Source: an uncultured virus (IMG/VR IMGVR_UViG_3300042876_000347) (Duplodnaviria; Heunggongvirae; Uroviricota; Caudoviricetes). Taken from it: a stretch of DNA of 64,000 nucleotides. The translations under genes were made by a program, and so were the position numbers. The stretch is taken from the IMG/VR virus record IMGVR_UViG_3300042876_000347; one strand, given 5' to 3'. Under the pieces are notes generated by a model. The model saw only the letters and a program-made list of their open reading frames with translations, did no database searches and had not been told where the DNA came from. How positions within the stretch are numbered: the first letter of the stretch is position 1; each line of letters starts with the position of its first letter. Shown piece after piece: positions 38,501 to 47,972 of the stretch.

Positions 38501-41500
38501 AAGCCTAGCGTATTCCTTGAAGGTCTTCCGCATTCCAGGGATCTGCGCTGCATCAAGGTCTACCTTGCTAAGCAGCCTTTCCTTAACTACGCTTCCGTCC
38601 TTGGCAGTCCAGTCTCGGGTGCGTGTCTCGGTAGGCACAACGCTCGGTGATGGCACCGGGATATCAACAGCCTTGATCTCTACTTTGCCACGCTTGATGA
38701 CAGCACGTTCGGCCTTTCGAGTCTTCTGCACCCTAAGGGGAGTGAAGCCCTCGGGCACAGGAGTGAGCTTAGGCTGTCCACTAGGCTTGCCTTCCTTAGC
38801 AGCGTTCTCCTGTGCAGCCTTTGCCGACTTGGCCATGATGCGCGCCTGACGGATTCTCTTCCGCTCTAGGTGCCTATGCGCTTCGGTGCTTCCACCAAAT
38901 GCAGGCCGTGGAGCAGTAGCTGCGATCTGGTCCCTAAGGCTCTCGATCTCCTTGATTAGAGCTGCCCTATCAATGGGCTTCCTCTCAGGAGGTGCCCCTG
39001 CAGGAAGTAGCCCCTTAGGCGTGAACCTCTCCCTTAGTGCCTGTGCTCTTTCCCAGATACCCTTGACATCCATCTTCGGACGAGGCTTGCCAGGAGCGGG
39101 CTTAGCAGGCTTAATGTACTCTGCTAGTGCTTCCTTGTCGCCACTTGCTAGAGCCTTGGAGATGTCAATCTGCTCTTGAGGAGAAAGGATCCGCCGCCTA
39201 GCCATCCTAAGCTGTCTGGCTTCCTCGGGTGTGAGGGCAGCTCCGGCTCGCCGACCAGCGATCCTAGGCCCAGCCTGTGTGGGCTTCTTGACTGGTGCTT
39301 CCCCAGTAACTGCTCCTTCAACTTGCTCCATAGGGAACTCATCTAGGATGCTGGACTTCTGCTTAGCGGCTACAGTGGGCTTCTTCTCTCTAACTCTAGC
39401 TCTGGTCTCCTGTCTGATAGACTTAACACCAGCCTTAGCTGCATCCCTGGCTGAAGCTTCCGCGACCCTAGTAGCGTGTTGCTTCTGTGCCTCGGTAGCG
39501 TTTGCACTTCCTAGTACCTGTTCAACCGTATCCATAATCCGGCGGAAGATGCTGAGTTTCTCTGTAGGGTTGCTCATTCTGTTGGCCCTAGAGCGTGCAT
39601 CGTTAAGGGCCTGAATACTAGAGGGTACCTTTTCCTTGTCCATCGCCAATGCGATAGAGTGCTGCTTCTCCCTGTAGGCTGCCTTCTGTTCAGGCGTGTA
39701 CCTATCCCCTAGCGCCTTAGGGTTAGTTCCCTGCGCCCTGGGATTGGTTCCCTGCTCTCTTTGATCCCTCGGTCCACCCCACACCCTAGGCTTAGCATTC
39801 GTAACGCTGCTCATCGCCTTGATGGTGTCGTTGAGCTTAGCCAGTTGTGGTGATGGTCCCTTGCCTGCTAGCTGATGCGCTTGCGCTCGGAAGTTCGCTA
39901 GTGTTCTCTGCCAGAGGGCCTTGTCCATTCCGAAGTCTTCAGGCTTAACTGCCTCGCCACCCTTGATAGCAATTTCTTCTGCAAGGGCCTTCATGTGGTC
40001 GGCAACCTCGTCAGCGCTAAAGGCAGCCTCACCACGCTTGTTGTGGCGGCCTACGTTCTCAGCGCTAGCAAGACGCTCCTTCAGAGTGGAGGCCCAAGTC
40101 TTTAGGTTCTCCACTGGCGAGAGCGGGCTCTCCATAGGAATGGGCTCTTCAACTGCTCTACTCTGTGAGGCTCTCCAACGCTCAGCAGCTTCCTGCCCTA
40201 GCTTGGGGTTCCCGAGAAGTGCCTGATAAACAGGGTGCTTTAGCAGGGGGTCAGTAGCTGGTGGTCCCTGCATCTTGCCCTCTAGCTCAGCTCTCTGCTC
40301 AGCTAGAAGCTTTAGCCTTCGATCTTCGATAGCTGCCTGCACGCGCTCGGGCTTGTATACCCCAGCCTGTGCGCCAGCTTCCATGCGCTTCCTAAAGAGG
40401 CCTAGCTGCGCTGCCCTTGCTGGGTCTAACTTATCCTCACCCCTAGCAGCACCAGCACGCCTACCTTCCATCCTAGCCTTAAGCGCCTCTACTAGTGCAG
40501 CCGGCTGGCCGTCTTTCCCTCGGTCCTGCAGATTGTAGGGAGTGCCCTTTTCCGTGCCACCAATGCCCAGGCCTTCAATCAGCCCTAGTGTCTCAGGAGA
40601 GTAGGTACCTGCTTCAACCGCCTGAGGGGTTTCACCCCGAAGGTTGGAGGCTAGCTCGGGGTCTCCACCAATGAGCTCCCCCTGAACCCTCGTACTCTCA
40701 AGCCCCTTAAGGAGGCTCTCTAGCTTCCTGGTAGTGTAAACATCCGAGATGTCCTGCGTCCTGTCGTCAAAGAACTCCCCTGATCGAGAGTGCCCATGAG
40801 GGTTCTGGTCAACAGGAGTTCCTTCTAGCCCAGTGGTGGGGTCTATCGTCCCCGGCCTAGCTTTGTTCTTGTTTAGGAAGTGTGCGAACTCATGGCTAAC
40901 AAGCCTGATAGCCCTAGCCTGTAGGCCCGCCGCATCACCCGCCTGCAGGAGTGACCCCACCCCAGTGGGCGACATGATGATCTTTGGACCTGACTCATCA
41001 ATGGTGAAGTAGACACCGTTAGTCGTGGTGGCTGTAGCTAGCCCCGGCTGAGGTGCGTCACTATAGACTACCTCGACTGGCTGCGGTGGCTTCTCACCAG
41101 GGTAGAAGAAGTCCCCAGGACCTTCGGTCTGCGCTTGTGCCCGTGCGTAGTCTTGCGCTAGAGCAGAGTTTAGCTGCTGCGCGAGGGAGTTCATTACTCC
41201 CATGACCTTCCCAGTGATAGGGTGGTTAGGAGGAACAGGCTCAGGCGGGGCCATCTGCTCAGGCGTCAGCTCAGGCCGAGGAAGCCCTTCGACTAGCTCT
41301 GCATCAAGACTAGTGTCCTCTAGGGAGTTAAGCGCTGGAGGCTTACTGATGCTCTGGTCAGTGGGTCGGCCATTCTTAATAAGAGGAATCCTGCTACGCT
41401 GTTGTTGGGTTCGAACCTCTTCACCCGCAGTCGGCCCCTGCTTATGGGAAGCATGCCCTGCCTCACCACCGAGGAAGGCACCTAGCATCACTCCGCCTGA

Positions 41501-42061
41501 GCCAAGGATCTCCATAGCCCTAGGAGTGAGCTCCGTCTTACCTTCCATCTCCTTCTGGTACTCTTGGGCAGCATCAAGCATACCCTTACCGACTAGGGCT
41601 CTAAAGCCCCACTGGAGGATGTTGCCAGCCTTCCCAGGTAGCCCAGGCGCGATCATCGCAGGGTCAGTGGCCATCTCCATGGAAGCCTCATTGGCTCCCT
41701 TAACTAGGCCTGCAGCTTTGGGCTGCCCCATCGCGCTTAGGCCCCTTGCTGCAGCTTGGTTGACTAGGTTAACTCCACCAGCAATTGGGTTGATCGTCGC
41801 CCCTAGCAGTGGGTGCTTCGTCATGAAGTCCCCCATGCCACTCACTGGCTCTTGCCCCGCTAGGCGTAGTGCCGGGTTAGCCATCGCCGAGAAGGCATAG
41901 TCGGTGCCCTTCTTAGGGAGGCCTGCTAACTCCCCGAAGAAGTCGATCCCCTTACCTAGGAGGCCCATCCCTGAAGAAGGGGCTGCCTGCTCTGGGTCTT
42001 CCTGCGGAGGCGCACTAGCTCCTCCGAACTGACTCTTTAGGAGATCATAATTAATCGGCAT
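35516..42061 (-). CDS. Large internal virion / DNA ejection protein (2181 aa)
   Basis: Size and position at the end of the virion module; HEFAH motif; C-terminal DLDPRSSNFAKIKLGNT motif typical of large phage polyvalent proteins. Confidence 0.8.
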   Translation of the reverse strand: MPINYDLLKSQFGGASAPPQEDPEQAAPSSGMGLLGKGIDFFGELAGLPKKGTDYAFSAMANPALRLAGQEPVSGMGDFMTKHPLLGATINPIAGGVNLVNQAAARGLSAMGQPKAAGLVKGANEASMEMATDPAMIAPGLPGKAGNILQWGFRALVGKGMLDAAQEYQKEMEGKTELTPRAMEILGSGGVMLGAFLGGEAGHASHKQGPTAGEEVRTQQQRSRIPLIKNGRPTDQSISKPPALNSLEDTSLDAELVEGLPRPELTPEQMAPPEPVPPNHPITGKVMGVMNSLAQQLNSALAQDYARAQAQTEGPGDFFYPGEKPPQPVEVVYSDAPQPGLATATTTNGVYFTIDESGPKIIMSPTGVGSLLQAGDAAGLQARAIRLVSHEFAHFLNKNKARPGTIDPTTGLEGTPVDQNPHGHSRSGEFFDDRTQDISDVYTTRKLESLLKGLESTRVQGELIGGDPELASNLRGETPQAVEAGTYSPETLGLIEGLGIGGTEKGTPYNLQDRGKDGQPAALVEALKARMEGRRAGAARGEDKLDPARAAQLGLFRKRMEAGAQAGVYKPERVQAAIEDRRLKLLAEQRAELEGKMQGPPATDPLLKHPVYQALLGNPKLGQEAAERWRASQSRAVEEPIPMESPLSPVENLKTWASTLKERLASAENVGRHNKRGEAAFSADEVADHMKALAEEIAIKGGEAVKPEDFGMDKALWQRTLANFRAQAHQLAGKGPSPQLAKLNDTIKAMSSVTNAKPRVWGGPRDQREQGTNPRAQGTNPKALGDRYTPEQKAAYREKQHSIALAMDKEKVPSSIQALNDARSRANRMSNPTEKLSIFRRIMDTVEQVLGSANATEAQKQHATRVAEASARDAAKAGVKSIRQETRARVREKKPTVAAKQKSSILDEFPMEQVEGAVTGEAPVKKPTQAGPRIAGRRAGAALTPEEARQLRMARRRILSPQEQIDISKALASGDKEALAEYIKPAKPAPGKPRPKMDVKGIWERAQALRERFTPKGLLPAGAPPERKPIDRAALIKEIESLRDQIAATAPRPAFGGSTEAHRHLERKRIRQARIMAKSAKAAQENAAKEGKPSGQPKLTPVPEGFTPLRVQKTRKAERAVIKRGKVEIKAVDIPVPSPSVVPTETRTRDWTAKDGSVVKERLLSKVDLDAAQIPGMRKTFKEYARLRGLKSITELGTVMPEAGKKFSELDATRLVYEDAVEKGYKNNPAAQAEVQKAYERIGGAERYEKANLKQVEEFWSDLKPGQPSKPMTPPPAGASPERSQIALYGKPNVQGPVDLRPSKAEGAKKGQAPVRREQLTKKTYDMNPNEYPGGVFPQKYEGAIGMPSGKGGNQATLPPTLDPALPMRMRTHPERKGKRTGEAETARRFRWMDRNEKVGNEIELRPDELLGSEVESQFVDSAILNKRYQRNAAMQQAEAERAASDISSSMKTLQGREKYASLTPEERKTLKGLKEAEGDALGMQPPPPRLGFGKKADALLEKVSADARSDTKATPETVALVKEIVKRYPTSLTAIKIIDGQVNLGELPKAQRAAAYMEAIHQIALQHRSAGERQMKPFPGKSAGAAIPKAKRLELEDALKATRPNPRKGIEPAHVTRSKAIASWLGSAFNVSTTMKTIADLSNPLRQTWMLTMDQAFRDPKVWRKDNQLRKNLGDMVASWKKAGGEQLRKEMTDDPDWKLAKEAGVNFTGEGTAQQEAFFGKQPLVQALKLGQKLPGVKHPAKFLESVVEGSERSYTYYQDRAMLDAFKHAMNYVELSSSKAPHEAVREIAHMINNAASRGQGFVSGDAAKYVNLMVFSQQMQSSRLRMIKNAMTGFNNYTTPEAKAYARGTALRAVAANLALVGSLTALATLAGEEPEVDLDPRSSNFAKIKLGNTVVDTWASFQQPIRTAFQVITGSEKEVSTGKVVPKNPAVTLMRFARSKMSPGGGMLYDAITGQRSPSGKAPKAPENWDEAQQTARDILSPLSVEDFINITKENPKHLALIPMMLLGTGVSAGLGSKEDWATGATREQTTKLAKEQRRLGVGDPRLGVNVSLPGKDKFGKRLYYTASARELADHDKLYMPLITKVLSEFIESPSYKAKTTEQQRKALAMRIAKLNEVYGVNRRMKRQVVQNWKAGKIQPVNKDVREKTLTFGGAKLKLPALKGFLKSDLEEEVKD

Positions 42062-43584
42062 TACTGCTGCACTCCTCCCTGTACCCTCTGTGCTTGTAGT
42101 ACCTGACCGTAGATTAGTTTAAGCGCCTCTGCAGGTTCGTACGGTGTACCGTCCACTACGATCTTCCCAGGCACTGACTCGTTATCTAGCTGCATGCCGA
42201 TAGCCTCGCCCCACTGCACTAGAGGCTGTGCGATCTGCACTAGAGCCTCATCCTGGCTCATCATTCCTTGCTGCATCCCTTGGGTAACCATACGCTGTAG
42301 GTTGGAAGCTCCTGCGCGAAGCTGCATGTTCCCCTGTGTAGTGTTAAACCTCTCCTTGGTTGCATTAATCTGGCCCCAACCTAGAGCACCACGCTGCTTA
42401 AGCTCCTGTTCTCTGAATTGTCGGTCCTTGGCCTTCTCCCCTAGCTCAATGTTCTGTAGATCAGTCAGCCGAGCGCCCCCGTACTCAGGTCGAGCCTGAT
42501 ATCCTGGGGGAGTCTGGCTAGCCCTAAACCTGTCCTCAGGTCGAGCGCCTGCTGGGTTCTCAATAGCTTCCTGAACACGCCTGTTGGCTGCGTCTGCCCA
42601 GCCCTCAGTCTGGCCGTGCTCAGCTTCCCTCGCTCGTGTCTGCGCGTCGATCTCCCGCTGTTCCTGCATCTTCTGCAGGTCCCCAGCGAAGAGTGCCCGC
42701 TGCGTGAGGAACTGGCTGATAGCCTTCTCGTTAGCCACATCCCCCTTGCCCACACTCTGGAGCACTGCCTGCTGTGCAGCCACGAGGTCCTTGTACTTGG
42801 GGTCAAGTAGGATATCCTGAGGGAGCAACTGCGCCTGCTTGTATGCATCCTCCATGGCCATCTGTCTTCGCTGCAGGTGCTCCATCTGGTCCTGCCGTAG
42901 GCGCTCCATGGTGAACTGTCCACCAGCCTGAGCTGCACCCGAAGCTGCAGCCGTGCCTCCGAAGAGCCCAGCAATGCCAGTACCCAGAAGGGTCATTAGA
43001 CCTTCCTTCGCTCCTGGATGCTGATACCACTTCTCACCAGTTACTCCCCCCTCGACTGGCTGTCCAGGAGAGTGCATTGAGCTAAGGGAGTTGAAACTCC
43101 TACCAGTAGGAAGAGTATCTGGTGAGGTAGCAAGGGAGTTAAAGCTTCTGCCTGAGCTATGTAGCTCTGGTGCAGTGCCTCCCTCTACTGAAGTGGACCC
43201 ATTTAGTGGCCCCGCAACTTCTCCTCGCATCGGAGGAGGTGTGATGGTCTTTACATCCTGCATCATGTTGTACTGAGGGCTCTTGCTTTGTAGTACATCC
43301 GCTAGGCTCTGCTGTGGAGGAAGAGGGAAGGTCTTCTGTGGTCCACTAAGGAGGAAGTCATTCTCAGACGTTACTGGCCTACGATCAGCAGGCCCTGGCT
43401 CCTGCTCTGAGTAAAAGATAGAGGCTCCTCTCTTGATACCCTCTCGATCACCTGCTTTGAATGCTTTACCTAGTTCAGTAAGCGAGTAGGGCTTTTCTGC
43501 AGTCTCAGTCTCAGTAGGCCAAGGAGATGTATCAAGATCTTCCGGTCGTGCTGGCTGTAGCTTAGTCCACCGATCTAGGGGCAT
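42061..43584 (-). CDS. Internal virion / ejection protein
   Basis: Q/G/A-rich helical protein with a glycine-zipper segment; GRSFNSL repeated twice. Confidence 0.7.
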   Translation of the reverse strand: MPLDRWTKLQPARPEDLDTSPWPTETETAEKPYSLTELGKAFKAGDREGIKRGASIFYSEQEPGPADRRPVTSENDFLLSGPQKTFPLPPQQSLADVLQSKSPQYNMMQDVKTITPPPMRGEVAGPLNGSTSVEGGTAPELHSSGRSFNSLATSPDTLPTGRSFNSLSSMHSPGQPVEGGVTGEKWYQHPGAKEGLMTLLGTGIAGLFGGTAAASGAAQAGGQFTMERLRQDQMEHLQRRQMAMEDAYKQAQLLPQDILLDPKYKDLVAAQQAVLQSVGKGDVANEKAISQFLTQRALFAGDLQKMQEQREIDAQTRAREAEHGQTEGWADAANRRVQEAIENPAGARPEDRFRASQTPPGYQARPEYGGARLTDLQNIELGEKAKDRQFREQELKQRGALGWGQINATKERFNTTQGNMQLRAGASNLQRMVTQGMQQGMMSQDEALVQIAQPLVQWGEAIGMQLDNESVPGKIVVDGTPYEPAEALKLIYGQVLQAQRVQGGVQQ

Positions 43585-44921
43585 TAGAACTTCCTCCGTT
43601 CCACTTCTCTTGCTAGCTCCTGTACTGCCTGTACGGTCATGCTGAGGATGCTATAGGTGTCGACAGCTTTCACTCCTCCTATTTCTTCTACCATCTCAGG
43701 AGCGACCTTTTCTAGGTCTTGGGCCATGATGCCCTGCCGACGCTTACCCTTGGGGTCAACTTCCGGGATGTAGCCATAGGAGAACACACCTAGCTTCATG
43801 AGATCACTAAGGCCACGCCTGCCTGGGCCAATGTTGTCCTTGACCCTTACGTCTGAGAGTGCCGCTGCACCTAGGCCAAAGAGCCCACCCATAAGGCCAC
43901 TAGCCAATGAAGTCTTCTGTTGGTTCTTCATCTGTTGGTTCTGGAAGCCTAGGTTCTGATTGAACTGTCTCTGTCCCTCGGTGAACTGCTTGCCCCAGTT
44001 GGCTTGCTCAGTAGGAAACTGTACATTCTGCTGCCAGTTCTGTGCACCCTCCTGCAAGCCTAGTCCACGGGATCCCAGGTTGTAGGAGTTAGTCGCCCCA
44101 TACCAGCCTAGCGCGTTGCCCATGTTCGCCTGCCTAGCATTCTCTGCTAGAGCATTCTGTCCTGAGAGCCAGTTAATCTGCGGGTTAACCTGCTCACCTA
44201 GCATTCCCCTAGCAGCTCCCGTCGCTGCTGTCCTCATCTGTAGTGGCAGCCCAATCTCCATCTGCTTGATCTGGTTCTCTAGGGCTGCCCTCTGCGGCCC
44301 CTCAGGCGTGAGCGCTAGCTGCTTCCTGGCTTGGTCAATCTGCTGTTGGAACTGCTGCTCCCCGCCTTGCCCCGCTAGGAGCTCGAAACTCTTTCTTCCA
44401 GTGGGATCCTCTAGTGCACCCTTAGCCTGCTGGCCTAGGTAGCGATAGTACATCTCCTCATCGGAGCCACCACCGCCAGAACCACCTGAGCCACCAGCGC
44501 CTCGTCCACCAGCACCGCCCTGACCACCACCGCCTCTCTGGCCTTGCCCTGCTGGCACGCACCCATCCGTCTCGTTCGGCCCGCCAGGAACCATTCCCTC
44601 AGGGCACTCGGTTGGCTTGTCGAAGTAGCCTTCTGCGCCTCGCATGCTCCGGTACTTGCCCGCGTTCGGACCTTCCTTCTGGAGGTAAGGGTCCCAGCGC
44701 TTGAAGGTCTCGTTTGACTGGTTCCCCTGGCCTTCCTCATTGCCTGTCCAGCCGAAGCGAGCCATGTCTTCAGGGCGCGCTCCCCCTTGCTGCTGCCCGT
44801 ACCACTTCTGGAACGCCCCTGTATCCTCATACCCTGGGAAGCCCTGTGGCTGCTGCGGCTGCACTGGCGGCCTCTGCGCCCCCCTGTAGTAGGGATTCTC
44901 ATAGTCCTGCCCGTAGGCCAT
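43584..44921 (-). CDS. Ejection protein with C-terminal intramolecular chaperone (peptidase S74) domain
   Basis: Q/G/N-rich body; SDVRVKDNI...GIMAQDLE..APE...AVQEL; probable start MAYGQ. Confidence 0.8.
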   Translation of the reverse strand: MAYGQDYENPYYRGAQRPPVQPQQPQGFPGYEDTGAFQKWYGQQQGGARPEDMARFGWTGNEEGQGNQSNETFKRWDPYLQKEGPNAGKYRSMRGAEGYFDKPTECPEGMVPGGPNETDGCVPAGQGQRGGGGQGGAGGRGAGGSGGSGGGGSDEEMYYRYLGQQAKGALEDPTGRKSFELLAGQGGEQQFQQQIDQARKQLALTPEGPQRAALENQIKQMEIGLPLQMRTAATGAARGMLGEQVNPQINWLSGQNALAENARQANMGNALGWYGATNSYNLGSRGLGLQEGAQNWQQNVQFPTEQANWGKQFTEGQRQFNQNLGFQNQQMKNQQKTSLASGLMGGLFGLGAAALSDVRVKDNIGPGRRGLSDLMKLGVFSYGYIPEVDPKGKRRQGIMAQDLEKVAPEMVEEIGGVKAVDTYSILSMTVQAVQELAREVERRKF

Positions 44922-45112
44922 TATTCTTCTCCTCCAAGGGGTCCGCAGCACCCTGGCTGGCTTCCCCGAACAACTTGCTTGATGGCCTCTAGCCCTCTAG
45001 CAAAGTAGCGTTTTCGACACTTTAAACAGAACCAATGCCCACAGGCGGGGCAGAACTTGATAGGGCCAAGGAACTTGCAAATGTGGCAGAGCCCGAGGGG
45101 TCCAAGGTCCAT
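44921..45112 (-). CDS. Small Cys/His zinc-finger protein (63 aa)
   Basis: CHIC...CPACGHWFCLKC; ATG just downstream of a strong promoter. Confidence 0.65.
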   Translation of the reverse strand: MDLGPLGLCHICKFLGPIKFCPACGHWFCLKCRKRYFARGLEAIKQVVRGSQPGCCGPLGGEE

Positions 45113-45121
45113 AATAGCTTC

Positions 45122-45150
45122 ATTATACAGGGGGTTAGCAGGGGTATCAA
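45122..45150 (-). promoter_or_regulatory. Strong sigma-70 promoter for the ejection-protein operon
   Basis: TTGATA-N17-TATAAT on -. Confidence 0.85.
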
Positions 45151-45162
45151 TCACTTTTTCCC

Positions 45163-45810
45163 CTATACTCCAAGGTCCTCATACCACTCGAAGCGGAGCA
45201 GATACTTACACCCGTTGGTCTGGGAAGTGAACCTGAAGAGATAAACTGTGTTGTTCTTCAGGACGAACTCAGTGGCTGCAGTGGAAATACCCCCTGCCTT
45301 GCCCGCTCCTGCGAAGAGCATCTGGTAAAGGGGAGTGCCCACACCAGTGATAGTGGGGTCTTCACCAATTACTAGTTTTGGTGTATATGTTCCATTTCGT
45401 TCCTTAGCAATCGGTGTCCGTGCTGTCCCCGCTCCTGTCACCGTAGGCCCCTCATACAGGAAAGCCTGGGAGTAGGAATCTGCGATTACCTCAAACCTAA
45501 AATGTGGGCAGAGCCCCACAGCAGTGTTGGTTCCAGGGATCGTGATATTAGGCACCGTAAAGAGGATATCCTTGCTGGAAGTTGCTGCAAGCCCTGCTAC
45601 TGACATTACATCCCAGTAGAAGGTTTCCCCTTCGTGGAGCTGGTGATGGTCATAGTCGATTATCACTGGCATGTTGCTGATCTTGTCAGTAGGACCAATC
45701 AAGACCCTAAGGCCCTTTTCATTCCAGGCTACCGCTGTCTCATTGGGGCTAACAACCTCCGCTAGGTCCCCGCCTGCATCCTGAATAATGTGCTGTCTAA
45801 GGTAACTCAT
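45163..45810 (-). CDS. Virion structural protein (beta-rich)
   Basis: HHQLHEG and EFVLKNNT.YL patterns; tail module context. Confidence 0.65.
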   Translation of the reverse strand: MSYLRQHIIQDAGGDLAEVVSPNETAVAWNEKGLRVLIGPTDKISNMPVIIDYDHHQLHEGETFYWDVMSVAGLAATSSKDILFTVPNITIPGTNTAVGLCPHFRFEVIADSYSQAFLYEGPTVTGAGTARTPIAKERNGTYTPKLVIGEDPTITGVGTPLYQMLFAGAGKAGGISTAATEFVLKNNTVYLFRFTSQTNGCKYLLRFEWYEDLGV

Positions 45811-46568
45811 TAGAGTACATCCCAGCTGGTGCCGTTACAGTGAATCATGAGGTTCTCTCCTTGCCTTAGTAAGTCCTGCGTGGTGGCGTCCTCCACGAGC
45901 TCACTCGCATTTCCATCAATCCTAACGAAGTTCGCTGAGCTATCCACCTTCTTGATGTTATAGATGAGGCCTGTTGAGCTAGCTGCTGCAGGAAGGTTAA
46001 CTGTCATGCTAGCTCCTACTGCATTACACCTAATGGTGTAGTCTTCAGCTGTGGCCGTGTAGCTGGTGGTCTTAGTAGTGGTAGGTCCATAGATGTCTGG
46101 TAGGTTGAGCTTCCTAGGCTCCCATACGCCAGTGCTGAGCTTGTGGATGAAGACATCCTTGTCAGCTGGAGTCTCCTGACTAACTCCGCTAAGCTCACCT
46201 AGTGAGGGCAGCACCTGCACGTTAACCACTACAGTAAAGAGGCTAGAACCCTCGGAGTAGGCAACCTGCCCCACCAACACCTGCGGTGTTGGGGCAGTCT
46301 GCCTAACATTCGAGATTCCCCCTCCTGCCTTACCCCAGAGATTATTCCCTGCTACCCAGGTCTCCCCGCCTGTCTGTGCGCACCCCCTAAGGATGCCACT
46401 CCGCATCACCGCTACAGGCTCCCCTACTGCAGAATCTGTCATGGTAACACCTGCAATGCGCCAGCCTACACTTAGTCCTGGGCGCTCAGCCGCTCCTGTC
46501 CAAGGAAGCACTTTTGGAAGGCTATTACCTATGTCTTGTGTTTGCACTAAGGTGAATTTAGAAATCAT
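45810..46568 (-). CDS. Tail fibre-like protein
   Basis: TTSYTAT..DY.I, VNLPAA, IKKVD, IDG and C-terminal W. Confidence 0.75.
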   Translation of the reverse strand: MISKFTLVQTQDIGNSLPKVLPWTGAAERPGLSVGWRIAGVTMTDSAVGEPVAVMRSGILRGCAQTGGETWVAGNNLWGKAGGGISNVRQTAPTPQVLVGQVAYSEGSSLFTVVVNVQVLPSLGELSGVSQETPADKDVFIHKLSTGVWEPRKLNLPDIYGPTTTKTTSYTATAEDYTIRCNAVGASMTVNLPAAASSTGLIYNIKKVDSSANFVRIDGNASELVEDATTQDLLRQGENLMIHCNGTSWDVL

Positions 46569-47972
46569 CTAGGGTCTCCAGAGGTAGCCATAAGCGCGAG
46601 TCACACCAGAAGATGAGAAATTCAGGAGTTGAACTGAGCCAGTTGAAGGGGCGCTTCCGAGTGCAAAGACCGACGAGTCGAAGAGGTTGACTGAGCCCAC
46701 GCCCGTGAAGATGTCACTCGGGGGTGGGACGGGGACGTGCGCTGTGTCGGAGGTCATCTGGTCATCTACCCACGTTGTAATCCCGCAGAAACTATCAAGC
46801 ACGGAGAAGTCCGTCGTATTCGGCCCGTACCTGTCAGAGAGTCTAAAGTTGAGGACGACACCTCCGGCCTGCGCGTAGTCGATGATCGCTTGGCAGCGCT
46901 GCGCATCTGTTGCGCCAAGGGCGGCAAATTGATTGTACTGAACGAATGAATAATCAGTTTTTGTCCGATCTAATGAACTGCCAGGGAGGGGCTCATATAC
47001 GAAGTCGCAGAGCGGATCCATTTCCATCCAGACCCATGAGTCAAAGGGGTGAATCAGAGAGAGTCGAGCAGTCGTGCTATATAAGGTATTGCCGATGTTA
47101 ATGGCCCACTGGACCGCGCCTGCAAACGCTGCTGGCGTGTTCTGCTTCGCCCACGCGGAGAAGGTGAAGTCGGACCCGAATACGAGGATACCACCCGGTT
47201 GCGTAGAGCTTTGCATCATTAGGGCATTCCACCCCTCACCTAGCTTAGCCACTGTGCTACCACTGGTGACCAGGGAAGAGAGCACTCGCTCTGTGGTATC
47301 CCAGACTACTCGCTGGTTAGCAAGCGTGGGCGTGGAGGCTGTGAAGTCAATCCTGGAGGGGCTAATGATCGCCCCAGCGCCACTGAAGGTCGCATCCGCC
47401 TCAACCTCTATGTTGTTGACATTGTTCACATTGTTGTGGTTCATATCGAGGTTGCCTAACATGGTCTGGCTGCCGTCCCTGGCGAGCTTCTCATCATCTA
47501 ACTCATTCAGAGCTGCCTGGACATTAGTACTCGCTATGTGCCCGTAGGGCACATTGATGATTTCACTTGCTGTATGGCTAGCCCCTGGGTGAGGACCACT
47601 TGCTGTAGGTGTGAAGGGCTGACCTACTGTCAGCCCGGTGTCTTTGTAGTACTTCCAGTTGCCTGCTTCACTAGCCTCTAGAATCAGGGCTGCTGTGGCA
47701 TCTGCAATCCAACCATTAGCCTTGTCATAGTGGCACCCCACTGCGATCCCCATGGTCATCCTGTCGATGCCATAGGCATTGAAGGTGATTGGTCCAAGGT
47801 CAACCAGGAGGTTCCCATCAGAAATGATCTTCAGGGTGTCCCGTAGGGTGACAATTCCATTCCTGCCCTCTAGGGCAGTGCTCGCCGTGGCTAGCTTCGC
47901 TAGTGCTAGGTTGATCTGCTGTAGGGTAAGCGCGCTAATCTGCGGTAGCTGTCTCGGGTCGCCGAAAGCCAT
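46569..47972 (-). CDS. Tail fibre/spike protein
   Basis: TNVQAALNELD..KLARDGS..M.GNLDM fibre motifs. Confidence 0.7.
   Translation of the reverse strand: MAFGDPRQLPQISALTLQQINLALAKLATASTALEGRNGIVTLRDTLKIISDGNLLVDLGPITFNAYGIDRMTMGIAVGCHYDKANGWIADATAALILEASEAGNWKYYKDTGLTVGQPFTPTASGPHPGASHTASEIINVPYGHIASTNVQAALNELDDEKLARDGSQTMLGNLDMNHNNVNNVNNIEVEADATFSGAGAIISPSRIDFTASTPTLANQRVVWDTTERVLSSLVTSGSTVAKLGEGWNALMMQSSTQPGGILVFGSDFTFSAWAKQNTPAAFAGAVQWAINIGNTLYSTTARLSLIHPFDSWVWMEMDPLCDFVYEPLPGSSLDRTKTDYSFVQYNQFAALGATDAQRCQAIIDYAQAGGVVLNFRLSDRYGPNTTDFSVLDSFCGITTWVDDQMTSDTAHVPVPPPSDIFTGVGSVNLFDSSVFALGSAPSTGSVQLLNFSSSGVTRAYGYLWRP

Noticed and set aside
35516..42061. Virion-encapsidated RNA polymerase (N4- or crAss-like)
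   Set aside because: No DxDGD or single-subunit RNAP motifs recognised; composition fits an ejection/polyvalent protein
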